The notes below the pieces were generated by a model that saw only the letters and a program-made list of their open reading frames with translations, made no database searches and had not been told where the DNA came from. DNA of 64,000 bases from Eledone cirrhosa (taxonomy: Eukaryota): positions 117,614,001 to 117,678,000 of the forward strand of contig OZ024743.1 of assembly GCA_964016885.1 (NCBI GenBank). The letters are read 5' to 3'. Below are positions 1 through 10,760 of the stretch, in pieces (positions within the stretch are counted from its first letter, which is position 1; every line of letters begins with the position of its first letter). Position numbers and translations under genes: made by a program.

Positions 1-209
1 CTTATATATTTATGAAATTATTTTGCTATAGGTATGATATGAATTTACTAATATTAATTTTAGTATATAGAACATGCAACAGGAATAAGCAAGTTCAATT
101 CAAATATTTATGTTTTACATATAAATTACTCGTTTCTAAATCATAAATGATTATATTTCTCGAAGTATTTGTTTAATATAAATATATTGTGGCGATACTG
201 ATGTAATTA

Positions 210-217
210 TGACGTCA
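210..217. promoter_or_regulatory. TGACGTCA palindrome (CRE/ATF consensus) 24-31 bp upstream of tRNA-Phe; repeated in 46 of 51 units
   Basis: Exact motif match; function not demonstrated. Confidence 0.3.
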
Positions 218-240
218 AATAGAGAGTCACTAGCTGTACA

Positions 241-313
241 GCCGAAATAGCTCAGTTGGGAGAGCGTTAGACTGAAGATCTAAAGGTCCCCTGTTCAATC
301 CCGGGTTTCGGCA
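241..313 (+). tRNA. tRNA-Phe(GAA) U1
   Basis: GCCGAAA/TTTCGGC acceptor stem, CT-GAA-GA loop, A and B boxes; array consensus with T52:C62 mismatch. Confidence 0.93.
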
Positions 314-326
314 TGCAGACTTATTA

Positions 327-330
327 TTTT
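327..330 (+). terminator. Pol III T-tract after tRNA-Phe (repeated in every unit)
   Basis: TTTT 14 nt after the discriminator base. Confidence 0.6.
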
Positions 331-594
331 CTCAAATATTTCTAATGATTTTGATAGAGAACTATATATGATTTAAATAACAAATAATCGAATGGTTCCT
401 TTGTCAGTCATCAAAAAGTCACTTTTATTTTAGTAGACACCAAATAATACCAACTATCAGCAAAACGTCATACAGTTCGGGTGTGTTTTTGAACATTTAG
501 TTCCGATTCAATAAAAGAGGAATATTAGACGACAATATCAGCTATTCAGTTTATCAATTCAAATAATGTGTTGAACATTCTAAACGAAACCGTC

Positions 595-601
595 TATATA
601 T
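595..601 (+). promoter_or_regulatory. TATA-like element ~25 bp upstream of tRNA-Asn (repeated; TATATTGG variant in a subset of units)
   Basis: TATATAT at the position where TFIIIB is expected to sit; AT-rich background weakens the call. Confidence 0.3.
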
Positions 602-619
602 GAATGTATAGTAAGAGCT

Positions 620-625
620 GTCTCT

Positions 626-659
<34 letters not shown>

Positions 660-693
660 TGAAAGGTTGGTGGTTCAAGTCCACCCAGGGACG
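620..693 (+). tRNA. tRNA-Asn(GTT) U1
   Basis: GTCTCTG/CAGGGAC acceptor stem, CT-GTT-AA loop, GGTGG/CCACC T-stem; array consensus with G30:U40. Confidence 0.93.
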
Positions 694-704
694 TAATAGT
701 CTAC

Positions 705-708
705 TTTT
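705..708 (+). terminator. Pol III T-tract after tRNA-Asn (repeated in every unit)
   Basis: TTTT 12 nt after the discriminator base. Confidence 0.6.
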
Positions 709-1031
709 GCTTTAGAAACATTACTAAAAAATCTGTATATTTTGGTTTACAGCTTGCATTTAGAATTATTTGTAACACTAATACATGTTTCAATATATTA
801 GCCTGATAAAGATTAATTTTGCTTTACGTTACCTAAACCTTTTCATCTCTACTGGATTGTATTTCACCAAAAATCTTCATATTTCTATCTTAAACGAACA
901 CTGATCATCATCTGATGGAACATATAAAGTGTATGTTATGAAAAAAATTCAAATGTTTTAACAATCTAAAGTAGATTATATTTATGTTTGTTTAAGTTCT
1001 TTCGCAAATATACATTCAGCACGCACCATTG

Positions 1032-1104
1032 ATCCGGCTAGCTCAGTCGGTAGAGCAGGAGACACTTAATCTCAGAGTCCAGGGTTCGTGTCCAACGTTG
1101 GGTA
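1032..1104 (+). pseudogene. tRNA-Lys(CTT) pseudogene U1
   Basis: Intact D-arm CTAGCTCAGTCGGTAGAGCA and CTT anticodon, but U33A, A58T and T-stem CAGGG/CCAAC unpaired. Confidence 0.85.
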
Positions 1105-1499
1105 AAAATGGTATTGTTTCCATGATATGTTTTATAAAATTGACATTAATATTAATATTACGAAATAATTATATGGTACATTCATGTATCATGATCAATT
1201 GATATTCACCCTAAATGTCTAATAGCAAAGCGAAATTTTCAGTGAGTTTTCAAAGCATTCTTATATATTTATGAAATTATTTTGCTATAGGTATGATATG
1301 AATTTACTAATATTAATTTTAGTATATAGAACATGCAACAGGAATAAGCAAGTTCAATTCAAATATTTATGTTTTACATATAAATTACTCGTTTCTAAAT
1401 CATAAATGATTATATTTCTCGAAGTATTTGTTTAATATAAATATATTGTGGCGATACTGATGTAATTATGACGTCAAATAGAGAGTCACTAGCTGTACA

Positions 1500-1572
1500 G
1501 CCGAAATAGCTCAGTTGGGAGAGCGTTAGACTGAAGATCTAAAGGTCCCCTGTTCAATCCCGGGTTTCGGCA
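1500..1572 (+). tRNA. tRNA-Phe(GAA) U2
   Basis: Array consensus. Confidence 0.92.
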
Positions 1573-1878
1573 TGCAGACTTATTATTTTCTCAAATATTT
1601 CTAATGATTTTGATAGAGAACTATATATGATTTAAATAACAAATAATCGAATGGTTCCTTTGTCAGTCATCAAAAAGTCACTTTTATTTTAGTAGACACC
1701 AAATAATACCAACTATCAGCAAAACGTCATACAGTTCGGGTGTGTTTTTGAACATTTAGTTCCGATTCAATAAAAGAGGAATATTAGACGACAATATCAG
1801 CTATTCAGTTTATCAATTCAAATAATGTGTTGAACATTCTAAACGAAACCGTCTATATATGAATGTATAGTAAGAGCT

Positions 1879-1884
1879 GTCTCT

Positions 1885-1918
<34 letters not shown>

Positions 1919-1952
1919 TGAAAGGTTGGTGGTTCAAGTCCACCCAGGGACG
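1879..1952 (+). tRNA. tRNA-Asn(GTT) U2
   Basis: Array consensus. Confidence 0.92.
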
Positions 1953-2290
1953 TAATAGTCTACTTTTGCTTTAGAAACATTACTAAAAAATCTGTATATT
2001 TAGGTTTACAGCTTGCATTTAGAATTATTTGTAACACTAATGCATGTTTCAATATATTAGCCTGATAAAGATTAATTTTGCTTTACGTTACCTAAACCAT
2101 TTCATCTCTACTGGATTGTATTTCACCAAAAATCTTCATATTTCTATCTTAAACGAACACTGATCATCATCTGATGGAACATATAAAGTGTATGTTATAA
2201 AAAAAATTCAAAAGTTTTAACAATCTAAAGTAGATTATATTTATGTTTGTTTAAGTCCTTTCATAAATATACATTCAGCACGCACCATTG

Positions 2291-2362
2291 ATCTGGGTAG
2301 CTCAGTCGGTAGAGCAGGAGACACTTAATCTCAGAGTCCACGGTTCGTGTCCACGTTGGGTG
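2291..2362 (+). pseudogene. tRNA-Lys(CTT) pseudogene U2
   Basis: Array lesions plus 1-nt deletion in T-stem. Confidence 0.85.
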
Positions 2363-2757
2363 AAAATGGTATTGTTTCCATGATATGTTTTATAAAATTG
2401 ACATTAATATTAATATTACGAAATAATTATATGGTACATTCATGTATCATGATCAATTGATATTCACCCTAAATGTCTAATAGCAAAGCGAAATTTTCAG
2501 TGAGTTTTCAAAGCATTCTTATATATTTATGAAATTATTTTGCTATAGGTATGATATGAATTTACTAATATTAATTTTAGTATATAGAACATGCAACAGG
2601 AATAAGCAAGTTCAATTAAAATATTTATGTTTTACATATAAATTACTCGTTTCTAAATCATAAATGATTATATTTCTCGAAGTATTTGTTTAATATAAAT
2701 ATATTGTGGCGATACTGATGTAATTATGACGTCAAATAGAGAGTCACTAGCTGTACA

Positions 2758-2830
2758 GCCGAAATAGCTCAGTTGGGAGAGCGTTAGACTGAAGATCTAA
2801 AGGTCTCCTGTTCAATCCCGGGTTTCGGCA
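2758..2830 (+). tRNA. tRNA-Phe(GAA) U3
   Basis: Consensus plus C49T. Confidence 0.85.
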
Positions 2831-3136
2831 TGCAGACTTATTATTTTCTCAAATATTTCTAATGATTTTGATAGAGAACTATATATGATTTAAATAACAA
2901 ATAATCGAATGGTTCCTTTGTCAGTCATCAAAAAGTCACTTTTATTTTAGTAGACACCAAATAATACCAACTATCAGCAAAACGTCATACAGTTCAGGTG
3001 TGTTTTTGAACATTTAGTTCCGATTCAATAAAAGAGGAATATTAGACGACAATATCAGCTATTCAGTTTATCAATTCAAATAATGTGTTGAACATTCTAA
3101 ACGAAACCGTCTATATATGAATGTATAGTAAGAGCT

Positions 3137-3142
3137 GTCTCT

Positions 3143-3176
<34 letters not shown>

Positions 3177-3210
3177 TGAAAGGTTGGTGGTTCAAGTCCA
3201 CCCAGGGACG
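3137..3210 (+). tRNA. tRNA-Asn(GTT) U3
   Basis: Array consensus. Confidence 0.92.
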
Positions 3211-3548
3211 TAATAGTCTACTTTTGCTTTAGAAACATTACTAAAAAATCTGTATATTTAGGTTTACAGCTTGCATTCAGAATTATTTGTAACACTTATA
3301 CATGTTTCAATATATTAGCCTGATAAAGATTAATTTTGCTTTACGTTACCTAAACCATTTCATCTCTACTGGATTGTATTTCACCAAAAATCTTCATATT
3401 TCTATCTTAAACGAACACTGATCATCATCTGATGGAACATATAAAGTGTATGTTATAAAAAAAATTCAAAAGTTTTAACAATCTAAAGTAGATTATATTT
3501 GTGTTTGTTTAAGTCCTTTCATAAATATACATTCAGCACGCACCATTG

Positions 3549-3620
3549 ATCTGGCTAGCTCAGTCGGTAGAGCAGGAGACACTTAATCTCAGAGTCCACG
3601 GTTCGTGTCCACGTTGGGTG
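3549..3620 (+). pseudogene. tRNA-Lys(CTT) pseudogene U3
   Basis: Array lesions plus 1-nt deletion in T-stem. Confidence 0.85.
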
Positions 3621-4018
3621 AAAATGGTATTGTTTCCATGATATGTTTTATAAAATTGACATTAATATTAATATTACGAAATAATTATATGGTACATTCA
3701 TGTATCATGATCAATTGATATTCACCCTAAATGTCTAATAGCAAAGCGAAATTTTCAGTGAGTTTTCAAAGCATTCTTATATATTTATGAAATTATTTTG
3801 CTATAGGTATGATATGAATTTACTAATATTAATTTTAGTATATAGAACATGCAACAGGAATAAGCAAGTTCAATTCAAATATTTATGTTTTATATAAATA
3901 AAAATTACTCGTTTCTAAATCATAAATGATTATATTTCTCGAAGTATTTGTTTAATATAAATATATTGTGGCGATACTGATGTAATTATGACGTCAAATA
4001 GAGAGTACCTAGCTGTAC

Positions 4019-4091
4019 GCCGAAATAGCTCAGTTGGGAGAGCGTTAGACTGAAGATCTAAAGGTGCCCTGTTCAATCCCGGGTTTCGACA
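4019..4091 (+). tRNA. tRNA-Phe(GAA) U4, damaged
   Basis: C48G, G71A. Confidence 0.8.
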
Positions 4092-4397
4092 TGCAGACTT
4101 ATTATTTTCTCAAATATTTCTAATGATTTTGATAGAGAACTATATATGATTTAAATAACAATTAATCGAATGGTTCATTTGTCAGTCATCAAAAAGTCAC
4201 TTTTATTTTAGTAGACACCAAATAATACCAACTATCAGCAAAACGTCATATAGTTCAGGTGTGTTTTTGAACATTTAGTTCCGATTCAATAAAAGAGGAA
4301 TATTAGACGACAATATCAGCTATTCAGTTTATCAATTCAAATAATGTGTTGAACATTCTAAACGAAACCGTCTATATTGGAATGTATAGTAAGAGCT

Positions 4398-4403
4398 GTC
4401 TCT

Positions 4404-4437
<34 letters not shown>

Positions 4438-4471
4438 TGAAAGGTTGGTGGTGCAAGTCCACCCAGGGACG
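4398..4471 (+). tRNA. tRNA-Asn(GTT) U4, damaged
   Basis: T55G in B box. Confidence 0.8.
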
Positions 4472-4809
4472 TAATAGTCTACTTTTGCTTTAGAAACATT
4501 ACTAAAATATCTGTATATTTAGGTTTACAGCTTGCATTTAGAATTATTTGTAACACTAATACATGTTTCAATATATTAGCCTGATAAAGATTAATTTTGC
4601 TTTACGTTACCTAAACCATTTAATCTCTACTGGATCGTATTTCACCAAAAATCTTCATATTTCTATCTTAAACGAACACTGATCATCATCTGATGGAACA
4701 TATAAAGTGTATGTTATAAAAAAAATTCAAATGTTTTAACAATCTAAAGTAGATTATATTTATGTTTGTTTAAGTTCTTTCGTAAATATACATTCAGCAC
4801 GCACCATTG

Positions 4810-4882
4810 ATCTGGCTAGCTCAGTCGGTAGAGCAGGAGACACTTAATCTCAGAGTCCAGAGTTCGTGTCCAACGTTGGGTG
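4810..4882 (+). pseudogene. tRNA-Lys(CTT) pseudogene U4
   Basis: Array lesions plus C4T, G52A. Confidence 0.85.
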
Positions 4883-5281
4883 AAAATGGTATTGTTTCCA
4901 TGATATGTTTTATAAAATTGACATTAATATTAATATTACGAAATAATTATATGGTACATTCATGTATCATGATCAATTGATATTCACCCTAAATATCTAA
5001 TTGCAAAGCGAAATTTTCAGTGAGTTTTCAAAGCATTCTTATATATTTATGAAATTATTTTGCTATAGGTATAATATGAATTAACTAATATTAATTTTAG
5101 TATATAGAACTTGCAACAGGAATAAGCAAGTTCAATTCAAATATTTATGTTTTATATAAATAAAAATTACTCGTTTCTAAATCATAAATGATTATATTTC
5201 TCGAAGTATTTGTTTAATATAAATATATTGTGGCGATACTGATGTAATTATGACGTCAAATAGAGAGTCACTAGCTGTACA

Positions 5282-5354
5282 GCCGAAATAGCTCAGTTGG
5301 GAGAGCGTTAGACTGAAGATCTAAAGGTCCCCTGTTCAATCCCGGGTTTCTGCA
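5282..5354 (+). tRNA. tRNA-Phe(GAA) U5
   Basis: G70T. Confidence 0.82.
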
Positions 5355-5660
5355 TGCAGACTTATTATTTTCTCAAATATTTCTAATGATTTTGATAGAG
5401 AACTATATATGATTTAAATAACAAATAATCGAATGGTTCCTTTGTCAGTCATCAAAAAGTCACTTTTATTTTAGTAGACACCAAATAATACCAACTATCA
5501 GCAAAACGTCATATAGTTCAGGTGTGTTTTTGAACATTTAGTTCCGATTCCATAAAAGAGGAATATTAGACGACAATATCAGCTATTCAGTTTATCAATT
5601 CAAATAATGTGTTGAACATTCTAAACGAAACCGTCTATATATGAATGTATAGTAAGAGCT

Positions 5661-5666
5661 GTCTCT

Positions 5667-5700
<34 letters not shown>

Positions 5701-5734
5701 TGAAAGGTTGGTGGTTCAAGTCCACCCAGGGACG
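5661..5734 (+). tRNA. tRNA-Asn(GTT) U5
   Basis: Array consensus. Confidence 0.92.
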
Positions 5735-6072
5735 TAATAGTCTACTTTTGCTTTAGAAACATTACTAAAAAATCTGTATATTTAGGTTTACAGCTTGCAT
5801 TCAGAATTATTTGTAACACTAATGCATGTTTCAATATATTAGACTGATAAAAATTAATTTTGCTTTACGTTACCTAAACCATTTCATCTCTACTGGATTG
5901 TATTTCACCAAAAATCTTCATATTTCTATCTTAAACGAACCCTGATCATCATCTTATGGAACATATACAGTGTATGTTATAAAAAAAATTCAAAAGTTTT
6001 ATCAATCTAAAGTAGATTATATTTATGTTTGTTTAAGTCCTTTCGTAAATATACATTCAGCACGCACCATTG

Positions 6073-6145
6073 ATCCGGCTAGCTCAGTCGGTAGAGCAGG
6101 AGACACTTAATCTCAGAGTCCAGGGTTCGTGTCCAACGTTGGGTG
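6073..6145 (+). pseudogene. tRNA-Lys(CTT) pseudogene U5
   Basis: Array lesions. Confidence 0.85.
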
Positions 6146-6540
6146 AAAATGGTATTGTTTTAATGATATGTTTTATAAAATTGACATTAATATTAATATT
6201 ACGAAATAATTATATGGTACATTCATGTATCATGAACAATTGATATTCACCCTAAATATCTAATAGCAAAGCGAAATTTTCAGTGACTTTTCAAAGCATT
6301 CTTATATATTTATGAAATTATTTTGCTATAGGTATGATATGAATTTACTAATATTAATTTTAGTATATAGAACATTCAACAGGAATAAGCAAGTTCAATT
6401 CAAATATTTATGTTTTACAAAAAAATTACTCGTTTCTAAATCATAAATGATTATATTTCTCGAAGTATTTGTTTAATATAAATATATTGTGCCGATACTG
6501 ATGTAATTATGACGTCAAATACAGATTCACTAGCTGTACA

Positions 6541-6613
6541 GCCGAAATAGCTCAGTTGGGAGAGCGTTAGACTGAAGATCTAAAGGTCCCCTGTTCAATC
6601 CCGGGTTTCGGCA
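6541..6613 (+). tRNA. tRNA-Phe(GAA) U6
   Basis: Array consensus. Confidence 0.92.
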
Positions 6614-6919
6614 TGCAGACGTATTATTTTCTCAAATATTTCTAAGGATTTTGATAGAGAACTATATATGATTTAAAGAACAATTAATCGAATGGTTCAT
6701 TTGTCAGTCATCAAAAAGTCACTTTTATTTTAGTAGACACCAAATAATACCAACTATCAGCAAAACGTCATATAGTTCAGGTGTGTTTTTGAACATTTAG
6801 TTCAGATTCAATAAAAGAGGAATATTAGACGACAATATCAGCTATTCAGTTTATCAATTCAAATAATGTGTTGAACATTCTAAACGAAACCGTCTATATA
6901 TGAATGTATAGTAAGAGCT

Positions 6920-6925
6920 GTCTCT

Positions 6926-6959
<34 letters not shown>

Positions 6960-6993
6960 TGAAAGGTTGGTGGTTCAAGTCCACCCAGGGACG
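6920..6993 (+). tRNA. tRNA-Asn(GTT) U6
   Basis: Array consensus. Confidence 0.92.
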
Positions 6994-7331
6994 TAATAGT
7001 CTAGTTTTGCTTTAGAAACATTACTAAAAAATCTGTATATTTAGGTTTACTGCTTGCATTTAGAATTATTTGTAACACTAATACATGTTTCAATATATTA
7101 CCCTGATAAAGATTAATTTTGCTTTACGTTACCTAAACCATTTCATCTCTACTGGATTGTATTTCACCAAAAATCTTCATATTTCTATCTTAAACGAACA
7201 CTGATCATCATCTGATGGAACATATAAAGTGTATGTTATAATAAAAATTCAAAAGTTTTAACAATCTAAAGTAGATTATATTTATGTTTGTTTAAGTCCT
7301 TTCGTAAATATACATTCAGCACGCACCATTG

Positions 7332-7404
7332 ATCCGGCTAGCTCAGTCGGTAGAGCAGGAGACACTTAATCTCAGAGTCCAGGGTTCGTGTCCAACGTTG
7401 GGTG
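7332..7404 (+). pseudogene. tRNA-Lys(CTT) pseudogene U6
   Basis: Array lesions. Confidence 0.85.
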
Positions 7405-7799
7405 AAAATGGTATTGTTTCCATGATATGTTTTATAAAATTGACATTAATATTAATATTACGAAATAATTATATGGTACATTCATGTATCATGAACAATT
7501 GATATTCACCCTAAATATCTAATTGCAAAGCGAAATTTTCAGTGAGTTTTCTAAGCATTCTTATATATTTATGAAATTATTTTGCTATAGGTATGATATG
7601 AATTTACTAATATTAATTTTAGTATATAGAACATGCAACAGGAATAAGCAAGTTCAATTCAAATATTTATGTTTTACAAAAAAATTACTCGTTTCTAAAT
7701 CATAAATGATTATATTTCTCGAAGTATTTGTTTAATATAAATATATTGTGCCGATACTGATGTAATTATGACGTCAAATAGAGAGTCACTAGCTGTACA

Positions 7800-7872
7800 G
7801 CCGAAATAGCTCAGTTGGGAGAGCGTTAGACTGAAGATCTAAAGGTCCCCTGTTCAATCCCGGGTTTCGGCA
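7800..7872 (+). tRNA. tRNA-Phe(GAA) U7
   Basis: Array consensus. Confidence 0.92.
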
Positions 7873-8168
7873 TGCAGACGTATTATTTTCTCAAATATTT
7901 CTAATGATTTTGATATATGATTTAAAGAACAATTAATCGAATGGTTCATTTGTCAGTCATCAAAAAGTCACTTTTATTTTAGTAGACACCAAATAATACC
8001 AACTATCAGCAAAACGTCATATAGTTCAGGTGTGTTTTTGAACATTTAGTTCAGATTCAATAAAAGAGGAATATTAGACGACAATATCAGCTATTCAGTT
8101 TATCAATTCAAATAATGTGTTGAACATTCTAAACGAAACCGTCTATATATGAATGTATAGCAAGAGCT

Positions 8169-8174
8169 GTCTCT

Positions 8175-8208
<34 letters not shown>

Positions 8209-8242
8209 TGAAAGGTTGGTGGTTCAAGTCCACCCAGGGACG
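8169..8242 (+). tRNA. tRNA-Asn(GTT) U7
   Basis: Array consensus. Confidence 0.92.
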
Positions 8243-8580
8243 TAATAGTCTACTTTTGCTTTAGAAACATTACTAAAAAATCTGTATATTTAGGTTTACA
8301 GCTTGCATTCAGAATTATTTGTAACACTAATACATGTTTCAATATATTAGCCTGATAAAGATTAATTTTGCTTTACGTTACCTAAACCATTTCATCTCTA
8401 CTGGATTGTATTTCACCAAAAATCTTCATATTTCTATCTTAAACGAACACTGATCATCATCTGATGGAACATATACAGTGTATGTTATAAAAAAAATTCA
8501 AAAGTTTTAACAATCTAAAGTAGATTATATTTATGTTTGTTTAAGTCCTTTCGTAAATATACATTCAGCACGCACCATTG

Positions 8581-8653
8581 ATCCGGCTAGCTCAGTCGGT
8601 AGAGCAGGAGACACTTAATCTCAGAGTCCAGGGTTCGTGTCCAACGTTGGGTG
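8581..8653 (+). pseudogene. tRNA-Lys(CTT) pseudogene U7
   Basis: Array lesions. Confidence 0.85.
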
Positions 8654-9048
8654 AAAATGCTATTGTTTCCATGATATGTTTTATAAAATTGACATTAATA
8701 TTAATATTACGAAATAATTATATGGTACATTCATGTATCATGATCAATTGATATTCACCCTAAATATCTAATTGCAAAGCGAAATTTTCAGTGAGTTTTC
8801 TAAGCATTCTTATATATTTATGAAATTATTTTGCTATAGGTATGATATGAATTTACTAATATTAATTTTAGTATATAGAACATGCAACAGGAATAAGCAA
8901 GTTCAATTCAAATATTTATGTTTTACAAAAAAATTACTCGTTTCTAAATCATAAATGATTATATTTCTCGAAGTATTTTTTTAATATAAATATATTGTGC
9001 CGATACTGATGTAATTATGACGTCAAATAGAGAGTCACTAGCTGTACA

Positions 9049-9121
9049 GCCGAAATAGCTCAGTTGGGAGAGCGTTAGACTGAAGATCTAAAGGTCCCCT
9101 GTTCAATCCCGGGTTTCGTCA
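9049..9121 (+). tRNA. tRNA-Phe(GAA) U8
   Basis: G71T. Confidence 0.82.
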
Positions 9122-9427
9122 TGCAGACGTATTATTTTCTCAAATATTTCTAATGATTTTGATAGAGAACTATATATGATTTAAAGAACAATTAATCGAA
9201 AGGTTCATTTGTCAGTCATCAAAAAGTCACTTTTATTTTAGTAGACACCAAATAATACCAACTATCTGCAAAACGTCATATAGTTCGGGTGTGTTTTTGA
9301 ATATTTAGTTCCGATTCAATAAAAGAGGAATATTAGACGACAATATCAGCTATTCAGTTTATCAATTCAAATAAAGTGTTGAACATTCTAAACGAAACCG
9401 TCTATATATGAATGTATAGTAAGAGCT

Positions 9428-9433
9428 GTCTCT

Positions 9434-9467
<34 letters not shown>

Positions 9468-9501
9468 TGAAAGGTTGGTGGTTCAAGTCCACCCAGGGAC
9501 G
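9428..9501 (+). tRNA. tRNA-Asn(GTT) U8
   Basis: Array consensus. Confidence 0.92.
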
Positions 9502-9839
9502 TAATAGTCTACTTTTGCTTTAGAAACATTACTAATAAATCTGTATATTTAGGTTTACAGCTTGCATTTAGAATTATTTGTAACACTAATACATGTTTCA
9601 ATATATTAGCCTGATAAAGATTAATTTTGCTTTACGTTACCTAAACCATTTCATCTCTACTGCATTGTATTTCACCAAAAATCTTCATATTTCTATCTTA
9701 AACGAACACTGATCATCATCTGATGGAACATATAAAGTGTATGTTATAAAAAAAATTCAAATGTTTTAACAATCTAAGGTAGATTATATTTATGTTTGTT
9801 TAAGTTCTTTCGTAAATATACATTCAGCACGCACCATTG

Positions 9840-9912
9840 ATCCGGCTAGATCAGTCGGTAGAGCAGGAGACACTTAATCTCAGAGTCCAGGGTTCGTGTC
9901 CAACGTTGGGTG
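9840..9912 (+). pseudogene. tRNA-Lys(CTT) pseudogene U8
   Basis: Array lesions plus C11A. Confidence 0.85.
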
Positions 9913-10307
9913 AGAATGGTATTGTTTCCATGATATGTTTTATAAAATTGACATTAATATTAATATTACGAAATAATTATATGGTACATTCATGTATCAT
10001 GATCAATTGATATTCACCCTAAATATCTAATAGGAAAGCGAAATTTTCAGTGAGTTTTCAAAACATTCTTATATATTTATGAAATTATTTTGCTATAGGT
10101 ATGATATGAATTTACTAATATTAATTTTAGTATATAGAACTTGCAACAGGAATAAGCAAGTTCAATTCAAATATTTATGTTTTACATAAAAATTACTCGT
10201 TTCTAAATCATAAATGATTATATTTCTCGAAGTATTTGTTTAATATAAATATATTGTGGCGATACTGATGTAATTATGACGTCAAATAGAGAGTCACTAG
10301 CTGTACA

Positions 10308-10380
10308 GCCGAAATAACTCAGTTGGAAGAGCGTTAGACTGAAGATCTAAATGTCCCCTGTTCAATCCCGGGTTTCGGCA
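10308..10380 (+). tRNA. tRNA-Phe(GAA) U9, damaged
   Basis: G10A, G20A, G45T. Confidence 0.75.
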
Positions 10381-10686
10381 TGCAGACTTATTATTTTCTC
10401 AAATATTTCTAATGATTTTGATAGAGAACTATATATGATTTAAATAACAATTAATCGAATGGTTCCTTTGTCAGTCATCACAAAGTCACTTTTATTTTAG
10501 TAGACACCAAATAATACCAACTATCAGCAAAACGTCATATAGTTCAGGTGTGTTTTTGAACATTTAGTTCAGATTCAATAAAAGAGGAATATTAGACGAC
10601 AATATCAGCTATTCAGTTTATCAATTCAAATAATGTGTTGAACATTCTAAACGAAACCGTCTATATATGAATGTATAGTAAGAGCT

Positions 10687-10760
10687 GTCTCTGTGGCGCA
10701 ATCGTTTAGCGCCTTCGGCTGTTAACTGAAAGGTTGGTGGTTCAAGTCCACCCAGGGACG
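10687..10760 (+). tRNA. tRNA-Asn(GTT) U9, damaged
   Basis: G19T, G26C. Confidence 0.78.

Noticed and set aside
186-515. Fourth decayed tRNA or other Pol III gene in the spacers (tgtggcgatac, agttccgattc)
   Set aside because: Box-like words are not at A/B spacing and no cloverleaf or 5S/U6 similarity can be seen.
1032-1260. tRNA-Lys-derived SINE inserted in the unit
   Set aside because: Homology covers exactly one tRNA length; no visible tail or target-site duplication. Not fully excluded without a genome search.
314-1499. Spacer lengths (306, 338, 395 bp) as nucleosome phasing
   Set aside because: Compatible with two nucleosomes each but unequal, and not testable from sequence alone.
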